Shown here: positions 16,282-27,034 of the stretch, one piece after another
Layout of the letters: each line of letters starts with the position of its first letter
Numbering within the stretch: the first letter of the stretch is position 1
Source of the DNA: Candidatus Peribacteraceae bacterium
Lineage (GTDB): Bacteria; Patescibacteriota; Gracilibacteria; Peribacterales; Peribacteraceae
Direction: 5' to 3'
DNA: 64,000 bases
Assembly (NCBI GenBank): GCA_041661065.1
Contig: JBAZVD010000001.1
Location: forward strand, 1,089,237-1,153,236
The notes under the pieces: generated by a model
The model's input: only the letters and a program-made list of their open reading frames with translations
Databases searched by the model: none
Told to the model about the DNA's origin: nothing
Program-made: the position numbers and the translations under genes

Positions 16282-16464
16282 TTATTTTCTCTTCCTCCTC
16301 TTTTCCCCGCTCACCTTGAACGGTATGCTCTTCGTCCGCACCACCTGCGTGAGGAACAGACGGACGGCGGAGCTGAGGTCGAACCCCCACTGCTCGATGA
16401 CCCGCTGGGATTGGCGCTTGAGCTTTTCATCGATGCGGATGGTGAGGACGGCGGTTGCAGGCAT
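16282..16464 (-). CDS. RelB/DinJ-family antitoxin-like protein (no cognate toxin seen)
   Basis: MPATAVLTIRIDEKLKRQSQRVIEQWGFDLSSAVRLFLTQVVRTKSIPF is a ribbon-helix-helix DinJ pattern. ATG at 16464 (alternative at 16494). Confidence 0.7.
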   Translation of the reverse strand: MPATAVLTIRIDEKLKRQSQRVIEQWGFDLSSAVRLFLTQVVRTKSIPFKVSGEKRRKRK

Positions 16465-16536
16465 GGTGTAGGGAAGGATGATACGTACATACATTGTCTA
16501 TACGTATACACGTTGTCAATACATGATGGACGCCGT

Positions 16537-16929
16537 TCATCCGGAGATGCGCATCTCCTCCCGGATGAGGGCTTGCACCGCTTTTCTCACATGCAACCGA
16601 TACTTCTGAAGATAAATCCTGAGGAGCGGGCGGAGGACATTCTCCAAGTCATCACGGTGGTTCTTCCGCAAGGAATCGAGATATTCACGTCGCTCCTCGT
16701 CCTTTTCCGACGGAGCCGCCAAACGGCCGATGCGATTGCGTATCATGGCAACAAGCCGCTGCGTCTCCATGCCGCGCATGGAATCGGCTTCCAGGTCGGA
16801 GAGTTGCATCATCACCTGATCGACGGCATGCACCTGCCAGCGGACTTCTTTGTCCGCCATATCCACAAGCAGTTCAAGGAATTCATCATGCATATGACAA
16901 TTATACATATATTTGTATTTTGGCAACAT
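16537..16929 (-). CDS. Hypothetical protein (130 aa)
   Basis: ATG ORF directly downstream of secA on the same strand. Confidence 0.5.
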   Translation of the reverse strand: MLPKYKYMYNCHMHDEFLELLVDMADKEVRWQVHAVDQVMMQLSDLEADSMRGMETQRLVAMIRNRIGRLAAPSEKDEERREYLDSLRKNHRDDLENVLRPLLRIYLQKYRLHVRKAVQALIREEMRISG

Positions 16930-16941
16930 TGAGTTTGCCGC

Positions 16942-19725
<2,784 letters not shown>

Positions 19726-19780
19726 GAGGATGGGATTTTACCAGAATGTTGCGGTTTATTAAGGAGAAAGTTGAATGGAT

Positions 19781-19893
19781 GAAGATGCCGAGGTTGTCGA
19801 GGTTGCCGAGGATTCCGAAGAGTGCCAGGAAGATGCTCTGTGTTTCCAGATACAGCAGCTCGTCGGAATCCTCGGACTCTTCGGAATCCTCTT
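19781..19893. repeat. Nonamer hairpin (CGAGGNTNN / GGAATCCTCGG family)
   Basis: Left arm GCCGAGGTT GTCGAGGTT GCCGAGGAT TCCGAAGAG; right arm GTCGGAATCCTCGGACTCTTCGGAATCCTC. Confidence 0.9.
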
Positions 19894-19898
19894 CAATC

Positions 19899-20005
19899 AC
19901 CATTTTCGCCCATACCATCCGGCTTCGCCCCTGCGGGGCTTCGCCGCGATTGGTTGGAGACGATGATTCCCGCGGGATGATTCACTACCATTTTCGCCCA
20001 TACCA
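19899..20005. repeat. 19-nt perfect direct repeat pair bracketing a 69-nt insert
   Basis: ACCATTTTCGCCCATACCA occurs at 19899-19917 and 19987-20005. The second copy encodes the TsaB C-terminus. Confidence 0.85.
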
Positions 20006-20656
20006 CGGCACGACGTTCTTCTCCCCGTACTTCAAGGACTTCAGGAATACCGGCAACACTTCCTTCACGTCCTTCATCTCCGCGCGCACCGCACCCCGGG
20101 AAGAGAGGAACCGCTCATGGTCGGAGAGGAGCTCACCCGTCCACGGTGCGCCCGAGGGGTACGCGTCTCCCAGCTTCCCCAGGTCCATCCACGCCGCTTC
20201 CGGGAATGCTTTGGCGAAGGAACCGAACCCACGGACGAAGAGCTCGATTTTCTTGGTGGAATGGAGCCATAAAAAATTTGTGTGTTTTTTCCCCTCTCCC
20301 CCTCGCTCCCCCTCCCCCGATGGGGGAGGGGGAAGGGGGGTGGGGGCGGAAACACGCACAGCACACAACTCGCTCAAATGGATGCCGGCCACCGGCACAT
20401 TGAGGGAGAACGCCAGCGCGTTGGCGAACGCCGCCGCCACCCGCAGGCTGGTGAACCCGCCGGGTCCCGTGACGCACGCGACCCGTCCGATCCCCTCCTT
20501 GGACCACCGGGCTTCCGCGAGGAGCGCCTCCAGCAGAGGGAGGAGGTCGGCATCCGAGATGCGGCGGTCCACCTCCTTTAATGAGACAACCGCGTCATCC
20601 GTGACGCAGGCGACGAGCCCCGGGTTGCCGGCGAGGTCGAGGAAGAGGGTGTTCAT
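19985..20656 (-). CDS. tsaB: tRNA threonylcarbamoyladenosine biosynthesis protein TsaB
   Basis: MNTLFLDLAGNPGLVAC...IGRVACVTGPGGFTSLRVAAAFANALAFSLNVPVAGI (TsaB/YeaZ N-terminal pattern). Confidence 0.85.
   Translation of the reverse strand: MNTLFLDLAGNPGLVACVTDDAVVSLKEVDRRISDADLLPLLEALLAEARWSKEGIGRVACVTGPGGFTSLRVAAAFANALAFSLNVPVAGIHLSELCAVRVSAPTPLPPPPSGEGERGGEGKKHTNFLWLHSTKKIELFVRGFGSFAKAFPEAAWMDLGKLGDAYPSGAPWTGELLSDHERFLSSRGAVRAEMKDVKEVLPVFLKSLKYGEKNVVPWYGRKW
20277..20369. repeat. G/C-tract hairpin element (CCCCTCCCC family) in frame inside tsaB
   Basis: TTTGTGTG..CCCCTCTCCCCCTCGCTCCCCCTCCCCCGATGGGGGAGGGGGAAGGGGGGTGGGGG..CACAGCACACAA. Translated on the minus strand as ..PTPLPPPPSGEGERGGEGKK.. 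Confidence 0.85.
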
Positions 20657-20704
20657 GGGAAGAGAGGATACAACGGAATGATCCTGTTATGAAGAACCGG
20701 GGCA

Positions 20705-20807
20705 GAGAATGCAAAATTGTAAATTGAAAATGGATAATGAGAGAGGAGCATCGGCTTCCAGAACCACTCCCATAATTTTCAATTTTCCATTTTCCATTTA
20801 TCATTCC
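20705..20807. repeat. Heptamer hairpin (AATGNNA family)
   Basis: Left arm GAGAATGCAAAATTGTAAATTGAAAATGGATAATGAGAG; right arm CTCCCATAATTTTCAATTTTCCATTTTCCATTTATCATTCC. Confidence 0.9.
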
Positions 20808-20810
20808 TCC

Positions 20811-21773
20811 GTGCCTCCGACTCTCTCCCTCATCATCCCCACCCACAAGCGCGCGGATATCCTCCGCGAGTGCCTCAAGAGGATCGCGGCGCAGACCGTG
20901 AAGGATCAGATCGAAGTGATCGTGGTGAGCGACGGGCAGGACGACGATACAGACCGCCTCTTTGACGGGCATACGCAATACGCAATACGTCATACGCAAT
21001 ACTTCTCCATCCCTAAATCCCAGCAGGGCGTCGCGCGCAATCGCGGCGTGGAGAAAGCGACGGGGGAAATCGTCATGTTCATCGGGGATGATATATTCCT
21101 GGAGCCGGATGCGTGCGAAGTGCATCTTAAAGTGCATGAAAACATGCAAAATGAGAAATTTGAAATGCAAAATGATGGAAGCGATTCAAGAACAAGAACT
21201 GGTGACGGAATTTCAAATTTTTCATTTCCAATTTTGCATTCCGGTTCAGCCGTCCTGGGCTATACCGAGTGGGATCCATCAATGGAGATCACGCCAGTGA
21301 TGGAATGGCTCGACCGGACCGGTTGGCAATTCGGCTATGGCTTCCTCAAACCCTACGAACACCGCGCGATCCCAAAACGCATGCAGCACCGCTTCACCTA
21401 CACCAGCCACATCAGCCTGCCGCGGGAAATCGCGTTGAAGTTCCCGTTCCGCGAAGACGTGACGATGTACGGATGGGAGGACATCGAGTGGGGATGGCGA
21501 TTGGCGCAGGAGAACATTCCCCTCCTCTATGAACCGGACGCGAAGGCGTTCCACCACCACCGGATGACGCCGGAGGATTCCTTGAAGAGGATGGAGACGC
21601 TGGGGAAGTCCGCCGCGCTCTTCGAGAGCATCAATCACGATCTTCATCTGATGCCCAAAGGGATGAAACGTATGGCCTACCGCTTCTTCAGCCTCTTCCC
21701 CACAATGAAGGGAAGGCATGCGCGGGCGTTCCTGAGAGGGATCCATACAGCGGAAGCCCCCCTTTCCTCTTAA
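20811..21773 (+). CDS. Family 2 glycosyltransferase
   Basis: (V/M)PPTLSLIIPTHKRADILRECLKRIAAQT...EVIVVSDGQDDD (GT-A DxD region). The GTG at 20811 is preferred; the upstream in-frame ATG at 20709 lies inside a hairpin element. Confidence 0.8.
   Translation: MPPTLSLIIPTHKRADILRECLKRIAAQTVKDQIEVIVVSDGQDDDTDRLFDGHTQYAIRHTQYFSIPKSQQGVARNRGVEKATGEIVMFIGDDIFLEPDACEVHLKVHENMQNEKFEMQNDGSDSRTRTGDGISNFSFPILHSGSAVLGYTEWDPSMEITPVMEWLDRTGWQFGYGFLKPYEHRAIPKRMQHRFTYTSHISLPREIALKFPFREDVTMYGWEDIEWGWRLAQENIPLLYEPDAKAFHHHRMTPEDSLKRMETLGKSAALFESINHDLHLMPKGMKRMAYRFFSLFPTMKGRHARAFLRGIHTAEAPLSS
20965..21004. repeat. Solo heptamer arm (ATACGNN family) in frame inside the GT2 gene
   Basis: CATACGCAATACGCAATACGTCATACGCAATAC, translated as HTQYAIRHTQY. 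Confidence 0.85.
21141..21242. repeat. Heptamer hairpin (AATGNNA family) in frame inside the GT2 gene
   Basis: Left arm CATGCAA AATGAGA AATTTGA AATGCAA AATGATG, ~37-nt loop, right arm GAATTTCAAATTTTTCATTTCCAATTTTGCATTCC. Translated as ..NMQNEKFEMQNDG...ISNFSFPILHS.. Confidence 0.9.
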
Positions 21774-21784
21774 AGTTTTTCGGG

Positions 21785-22285
21785 ATGCTGAAGCCGAAAA
21801 GACGCTCTTGCGACACGCCATGCCTGGAGTACGGTATTCGTATGACGGTCTACAATCCTCAGCCCGGTGAAGAGCCCATGAATGCCGAGGAGCGTGAGGG
21901 CGTTGCGGTCAAACTGTATCAGGCGGTGGGGAAGGTGCGCAGCCTTCACATTCAGGTGGATTCGATGACCCCCGGACAAGAAGAGGCGTGGCGTGAGCTC
22001 ATGGAAGCCGCATTGCAATATGAACTCGGGAAGGTGCAGAGCGGCCATCGTCACATTTCCGAATCCTATTTGGCCAATTTCGGCCTCACCGATAAAGAAC
22101 TGATCAGAAAGGCGCAAGAAGATGTCCATCTCTTAGCCCTCAACAAACTCGCCGATGCCCCATCCTTATCCGCCGACCCGAGCGTCCCGCATGGCGTGAT
22201 CACGGAAACATCCCGATCACAATTGAGCAATTGCCTATCCCCGGCAGACCCCTCACCGCAACGAGAAGCAGCCGACAATGGATAG
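21785..22285 (+). CDS. Hypothetical protein
   Basis: ATG ORF (alternative ATG at 21842, MTVYNPQP...). Third codon positions are moderately GC-rich. The overlapping minus-strand ORF 21770..22129 is judged less likely. Confidence 0.4.
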   Translation: MLKPKRRSCDTPCLEYGIRMTVYNPQPGEEPMNAEEREGVAVKLYQAVGKVRSLHIQVDSMTPGQEEAWRELMEAALQYELGKVQSGHRHISESYLANFGLTDKELIRKAQEDVHLLALNKLADAPSLSADPSVPHGVITETSRSQLSNCLSPADPSPQREAADNG

Positions 22286-22347
22286 GATGCGGCGGTCTCC
22301 CCACGATGAAGGGAACGCACACGAAGGCGCTATCGCATGGATTGGCA

Positions 22348-22590
22348 TCATGCCCCGGTTGATCGCATCCACTTGCGATACTCTTCTTCAATCATATACA
22401 TCGTTTTGCCCAACAGTCCCCGTGCGGTCGCCTCCCGTTCCCGCCCCACCCGGAGTGTCCGTGGCAATGCCGCGACGTATGCACGGGGCAGAGTACGGAT
22501 TTGCGCCGACACCTCGCCATCGTCCGTCACGAAACGGTACGTTCTCTTCTCTTGATCGGAAAGCATAGCCACACCATAATCCACCTCCAT
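22348..22590 (-). CDS. Hypothetical protein (80 aa)
   Basis: ATG ORF divergent from nusA. Confidence 0.35.
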   Translation of the reverse strand: MEVDYGVAMLSDQEKRTYRFVTDDGEVSAQIRTLPRAYVAALPRTLRVGREREATARGLLGKTMYMIEEEYRKWMRSTGA

Positions 22591-22595
22591 TCGGC

Positions 22596-22623
22596 TTGCA
22601 AACGGCTTAAAATTGCGTATAAT
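22596..22623 (+). promoter_or_regulatory. Sigma70-type promoter upstream of nusA
   Basis: TTGCAA (22596-22601), 16-nt spacer, TATAAT (22618-22623). About 120-nt leader with the hairpin ATCCCGA-GTAG-ATCGGGAT. Confidence 0.6.
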
Positions 22624-22746
22624 GTTTGTAGCATCGAGTTGTATGACAGGCTATCCCGAGTAGATCGGGATGGTCCTTTCTTCGACCGCGTAGAGCTCGT
22701 TTTCGCTCTCCATGCGGCACAGCTCCACCCCTTTCCCATCCCTATC

Positions 22747-24126
22747 ATGCGCGCATCCTTCCTCGCCGCCATCAACCAGATCTGTTCCGAGAAGAACGTC
22801 TCGCCCGACCAGGTGATCGAGGCCGTCAAACAGGCCATCGGCACCGCGTACCGCAAGGACTTCGGCAACAAGGAGCAGGAAATCCGCGTGGACCTGGAAG
22901 AAGGGAAGGACATGCCCACCATCCTCCTCGTGAAGGAAGTGGTGGAGGACGTGGAGAATGAGAACATCGAGATCGGGCTCAAGGACGCCAGGAAGATCAA
23001 GCCGGACGCCGAGCCGGGCGACGAGATCAGCATTGACGTGACGCCTTTGGAGTACGGCCGCATCGCCACGCAGGCCGCCAAGCAGGTGATTCTGCAAAAG
23101 CTGCAGGAGGCGGAGAAGATGAGCCTGTACCAGATGTTCAAGGATCGCGAGGACGAGCTGCTCACCGCCACGGTGACGAAGGTGGACCCCAACTGGGTCA
23201 CGCTGGAGATCGAAGGTATGACGGTGTCGCTCCCCTGGAGGGAGCAGATCCCCGGCGAGCACTACTACACGGGCAAGCGCATCCGCGTGTACCTGGAGAC
23301 GGTGGAGATGAGCGGCAAGGGGCCGCAGCTCCGCATCTCCCGCACGCATCCCAAGCTGGTGAAGAAGCTCCTGGAATTGGAGATCCCGGAGGTGCGCAAC
23401 GGCGACGTGGAGATCAAGGCCATCGCGCGCGACGCCGGCTTCCGCAGCAAGGTCGCCGTGCTCAGCCACGACCCCCGCATCGACCCCATCGGCGCGTGCG
23501 TGGGGCAGAAGGGCGTGCGCATCCAGGCCGTGATGGAGGAGATCAACGGCGAGCGCGTGGACATGATCGAGTGGTCGGAGGACCCCATCAAATTGATTTC
23601 ACTCGCGCTGCAGCCAGCGGCCATCTCCGCCGTAATCATCGTGAACGACAAGGAGCACTTGGACGACCAAGGCCGCAAGATCAAGAAGCGCGCGGCGGTG
23701 TTCGTGGAGGAAGCGCAGCGCCCCATGGCCATCGGCAAGAAGGGCCAGAACATCCGCCTGGCGACGGAACTCTCCGCATTCGAGCTGGACATGTACAACT
23801 ACGAGGAGCTCCCCGCCTTCAAGGCGAAGCTCGCGGAACTGCGCGGCGGACCTGTTGCCGAAGCCGCGCCTGCGGAAGCCCCCGCCGAGGGACAAGCGGA
23901 AGCAACCGTAGCGGAAGCCACCGCAGTGGAGACTCCCGCGGAAGCGTCTGAGGAACCGAAGGAGGAATCTGCCGCTCCCGAAGCCGCCGCAGTGACGGGT
24001 GCCGCCCCTGAAGATGTCCCCGCCGCCGCCGCACCGGCCGCCGAAGCGAAAGAGCCTGCCAAGAAGCCGCGGAAGAAGAAGGAAGGGGCGGCAGTGGGAG
24101 AGGCGAAGGAGGAAGCGGCGGCGTAA
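22747..24126 (+). CDS. nusA: Transcription termination/antitermination factor NusA with A/E/P-rich C-terminal tail
   Basis: MRASFLAAINQICSEKNVSPDQVIEAVKQAIGTAYRK... with S1 and KH blocks (IGACVGQKGVRIQAVMEEINGERVDMIEWS; AIGKKGQNIRLATELS). Confidence 0.95.
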   Translation: MRASFLAAINQICSEKNVSPDQVIEAVKQAIGTAYRKDFGNKEQEIRVDLEEGKDMPTILLVKEVVEDVENENIEIGLKDARKIKPDAEPGDEISIDVTPLEYGRIATQAAKQVILQKLQEAEKMSLYQMFKDREDELLTATVTKVDPNWVTLEIEGMTVSLPWREQIPGEHYYTGKRIRVYLETVEMSGKGPQLRISRTHPKLVKKLLELEIPEVRNGDVEIKAIARDAGFRSKVAVLSHDPRIDPIGACVGQKGVRIQAVMEEINGERVDMIEWSEDPIKLISLALQPAAISAVIIVNDKEHLDDQGRKIKKRAAVFVEEAQRPMAIGKKGQNIRLATELSAFELDMYNYEELPAFKAKLAELRGGPVAEAAPAEAPAEGQAEATVAEATAVETPAEASEEPKEESAAPEAAAVTGAAPEDVPAAAAPAAEAKEPAKKPRKKKEGAAVGEAKEEAAA

Positions 24127-24147
24127 CTTTCAGATGTATTGATAAGG

Positions 24148-24176
24148 AAAGACTGCGTTTATCCGCGGTCTTTTCA
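24148..24176 (+). terminator. Putative terminator after nusA
   Basis: AAAGACTGCG-TTTATC-CGCGGTCTTT stem-loop followed by a short T run. Confidence 0.45.
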
Positions 24177-24197
24177 AAAACATCAAACAACAAACCT

Positions 24198-24384
24198 GGC
24201 CGGAGCCGCGCGCCGCCGGCTGGCCGCGGAACCAAGGGAAAAGAACAGGCTGTGGGATACCCCCTTTTCTCTTCCAGACGGTGCGGCGCTGGTATCAACA
24301 TGTAAACCGGTCTGTGTCGTTCCCTTCGGCGCGCGGAGCGCTTTCTTTTCCCCATTTCTTTCTCGCCTTGAGAAAGAAATGGGG
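24198..24384 (+). repeat. Dispersed structured element, copy C
   Basis: GGCCGGAGCCGCGCGCC ... TTCGGCGCGCGGAGCGCTTTCTTTTC, plus the hairpin CCCCATTTCTTTCTC-GCCTT-GAGAAAGAAATGGGG. Both arms differ from copies A and B but remain perfectly paired. Confidence 0.85.
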
Positions 24385-24442
24385 CTGTTCTGCTGTTTGG
24401 CATGCCGTGGCCCTACGGTCAAACCCCTGTACAATCGTCTTC

Positions 24443-26812
24443 GTGAAACTCCCTCCCCTCCCCCTCGTCGTCCTCGACACGGAAACGACCGGCTTCGTGC
24501 CGCGCACGCACCGCGTGATCGAATATGCCGCGGTGAGGGCGGAGGGCGGGAAGGTGACGGATACCTACGAGCAGCTGTTCGCGACGGACGAGATCCCCCC
24601 CGTGGTGGAAGTGATCACGCGCATCCGCATGGAAGACGTGCGCGGGCAACCGACGTTCGAGGAGAAGCGCGAGGAAATCCTTGCCCGCATCCCGGAAGAC
24701 GCGATCATCGTCGGCCAGAATACGCCGTTCGATTTGGGCATGCTCAAGGGCGAAGGGATGGATCTCACGGGGCGGCCATGGGTGGATACCTCCATGCTCG
24801 CCTCCCTCGTTTTCCCGGAACTGGAGAGCTACTCCCTGGGGTACTTGAGCGCCGTGCTCGATTTGAACCACGAGCCCAAGCACCGCGCATTGGGTGACGT
24901 GCGCGCCACGCTCGAACTCCTCAGCCGCGTGTGGGAACGCCTCCTCGAGCTCCCGCCCGGACTGGTGAAGCAGGCGCGGGAGGTGATGGAGCGCGCGCCC
25001 GCCGGCTACCGCCTCCTCTTCGAGGCGCTGCCCGCGTCCGGGAAGAAGGAGACGCCCGCGTGGCTCCGGCACCCCGAAGAGGCGGGCTTCAAGCGCCGCA
25101 CGGTCACTCCCCCGAGCCTCCCGACGCCGAAGAAAGGGGAGATCGCCCTCCGCGAGGAACCGCTCAACCCCGCCGAACTCCAAGCGATCATCGAAGCCGC
25201 ACAGGAGGATACGTCCGTGCGGCATTGGATCGCCGTCAAGAATCTGGACGCCGCCGTACGCCGCCTCTCCTTTGAGAAAGGCGTGCGCATCCTGTACCCG
25301 CCCGGCCATCTGCTGGATCCCGAGGCGGTGAAGAGATGGACGAAGGCGGATTCCTTGACCGCCGATGAAGCAACGCTCCTGCTCAAGATTCACTGGTACT
25401 CGCCCTTCACCCGCAATGACCTCCCCCTGCACGGAGGGGAGGAATCCGTATGGCGCGGGACGCTGGCTTGCACCGATGCTTCCAAGGCGTACACGGACCA
25501 ATTCCAAGACCTGCCGGGGGTGGTGCTCATCGACCACCAGCAGCTCCTGCGTTTTCTTCAGGATGAGGAGCATCCCGCCGCGGCGGCATTGGCGGAGCCG
25601 GCGCACATCATCATCGACGACGCCTCCATGCTGGAGGACACCGCCACCAAGGCCTACGGCTGGTATGCGGACGTCTCCGCCCTGCGCGCAGGGAGCGAGC
25701 GCAACCCGTCACTCACGCGCATCACGGACCTGCTGCAACTGTGGATCGAGAAGGTGCGCGGCGGCCTGGACGTGCGCGCACTGAATGCGTCCGACCTCAC
25801 CGCGCCGGAGGCGAAAGGGCTCCGCGCGCAGATTGAGGAACTGCTGGAACAGGACGGAGACCTGCCTTCACCGGTCCGCGCCCAATGGGAAGGCATTACG
25901 CACATCCTCAACCCGGAGAACCTGGCGCGGCGCTACGCGTGGATCGAGCAGCGCATGAACGGCTCGCACACCCTGCAATCCGTTCCCGAGCATGTGTCGG
26001 ATTTCCTGCAGGACTTCCTCTACTCCCGCTTCTCCACAACCCTCCTTATCCCGCCCGAAAGCACATCTGAACTCCGAGAGATCCTCCCTGTCACTGTCGT
26101 GTCTTCCCCCTCTCCTGAGGGGAGAGGGGGAGCGAGGGGGAGAGGGTATGAACTTCCCCTCTCTTTCCCCCTCACGCCCCTCCATGAAATTCTGGGGAAC
26201 CCGCCCGAAGGGAAAACGATTTTGCTCATTCCCGGCAAGGGAACGATCGAGAACATGTACGTGCGGTACACGGAGATGCTCGAGGAGCGCGGCGTCACCC
26301 TCATCTGCCTCGGCGTGAGCGGCGGGCAGGGGCGCATGCGCGCGGAATTCCTGGCCGCGGAAGGGACGGTAATGTGGCTCGTGACGCCGTGGGTGTTCGA
26401 AGGGCTGGAGCTGCCGCCGGAGACCGTTGACCATTTGATCATCAGCGCGCTCCCCTTCGACTACGCTTCCCACCCCGTCCTCAGCCGCCGTGCGGCCCGC
26501 TACAAGAGCGGCTTCATGGATTACTTCCTCCCGCGCCTCAAGCACCGCCTGTTCCGCGTCCTCCGCACCTTCGCGCGGTTCAAGACGGAGGAAGCGGACG
26601 TGCAAATACTGGATGACCGCTTGCGGAGCAAGGAATACGGGAAGGAGGTGATTGCGTATTTGAATCTGTTCTCGGTACAGGGAGAACGTCATGCAAAATT
26701 AGAAATGCACAATGAAATCCCACAGCCCCCCCGCACGCGGAAAACAAACACGGCTGCGAAGAAAAAGGAATCCTCCAAAGAACAGAAAAAGGACCAGTTG
26801 AAGTTGTTTTAG
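24443..26812 (+). CDS. DnaQ-type 3'-5' exonuclease fused to a DinG-like helicase-fold domain (ATPase motifs degenerate)
   Basis: Exo motifs VVLDTETTG, IIVGQNTPFDLGML and HRALGDVRATLEL. The C-terminus resembles the DinG/XPD Helicase_C_2 domain (WLVTPWVFEGLELPPETVDHLIISALPF). No GxGKT/S Walker A found, and DEAH is replaced by IIIDDASML. The GTG at 24443 is preferred. Confidence 0.75.
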   Translation: MKLPPLPLVVLDTETTGFVPRTHRVIEYAAVRAEGGKVTDTYEQLFATDEIPPVVEVITRIRMEDVRGQPTFEEKREEILARIPEDAIIVGQNTPFDLGMLKGEGMDLTGRPWVDTSMLASLVFPELESYSLGYLSAVLDLNHEPKHRALGDVRATLELLSRVWERLLELPPGLVKQAREVMERAPAGYRLLFEALPASGKKETPAWLRHPEEAGFKRRTVTPPSLPTPKKGEIALREEPLNPAELQAIIEAAQEDTSVRHWIAVKNLDAAVRRLSFEKGVRILYPPGHLLDPEAVKRWTKADSLTADEATLLLKIHWYSPFTRNDLPLHGGEESVWRGTLACTDASKAYTDQFQDLPGVVLIDHQQLLRFLQDEEHPAAAALAEPAHIIIDDASMLEDTATKAYGWYADVSALRAGSERNPSLTRITDLLQLWIEKVRGGLDVRALNASDLTAPEAKGLRAQIEELLEQDGDLPSPVRAQWEGITHILNPENLARRYAWIEQRMNGSHTLQSVPEHVSDFLQDFLYSRFSTTLLIPPESTSELREILPVTVVSSPSPEGRGGARGRGYELPLSFPLTPLHEILGNPPEGKTILLIPGKGTIENMYVRYTEMLEERGVTLICLGVSGGQGRMRAEFLAAEGTVMWLVTPWVFEGLELPPETVDHLIISALPFDYASHPVLSRRAARYKSGFMDYFLPRLKHRLFRVLRTFARFKTEEADVQILDDRLRSKEYGKEVIAYLNLFSVQGERHAKLEMHNEIPQPPRTRKTNTAAKKKESSKEQKKDQLKLF
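26103..26183. repeat. G/C-tract hairpin element (CCCCTCCCC family) in frame inside the DinG-like gene
   Basis: CTTCCCCCTCTCCTGAGGGGAGAGGGGGAGCGAGGGGGAGAGGG matches the reverse complement of the tsaB copy. Translated as ..SSPSPEGRGGARGRGYELPLSFPLTP.. Confidence 0.85.
26690..26720. repeat. Solo heptamer arm (AATGNNA family) in the 3' end of the DinG-like gene
   Basis: CATGCAAAATTAGAAATGCACAATGAAATCC, translated as HAKLEMHNEI. Confidence 0.7.
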
Positions 26813-26872
26813 AGAACTCATAAAGCCGGTAACTGCTCACTGCCCCATCTCTCTCTCAACAAACGGAGGGTT

Positions 26873-27033
26873 GGCGCGCCGCAGGGGGTGTAGGGGAAGG
26901 CCCTGCTTCGACATGTTCGCCGACGAGTCAGCCCCGAATCCTTGGAGGGGCTGACGAGGAGGCACAGGGCCGGGTGGAGGGGCTTCGGCGCGCCGGCGTT
27001 TTGGCGCCACCTTTGTCGCCGGACAAAGGTGGC
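26873..27033 (+). repeat. Dispersed structured element, copy D (most divergent)
   Basis: GGCGCGCCGC ... CTTCGGCGCGCCGGCGTTTTGGC, plus the hairpin GCCACCTTTGTC-GCCG-GACAAAGGTGGC (27006-27033). Confidence 0.65.
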
Positions 27034-27034
27034 A

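Noticed and set aside
20709-20810. The N-terminal 34 residues of the GT2 ORF (MQNCKLKMDNE...FNFPFSIYHSS) as a genuine protein extension.
   Set aside because: The segment is exactly the AATGNNA hairpin element. A GTG at 20811 yields the canonical GT2 N-terminus. I kept this only as an alternative start.
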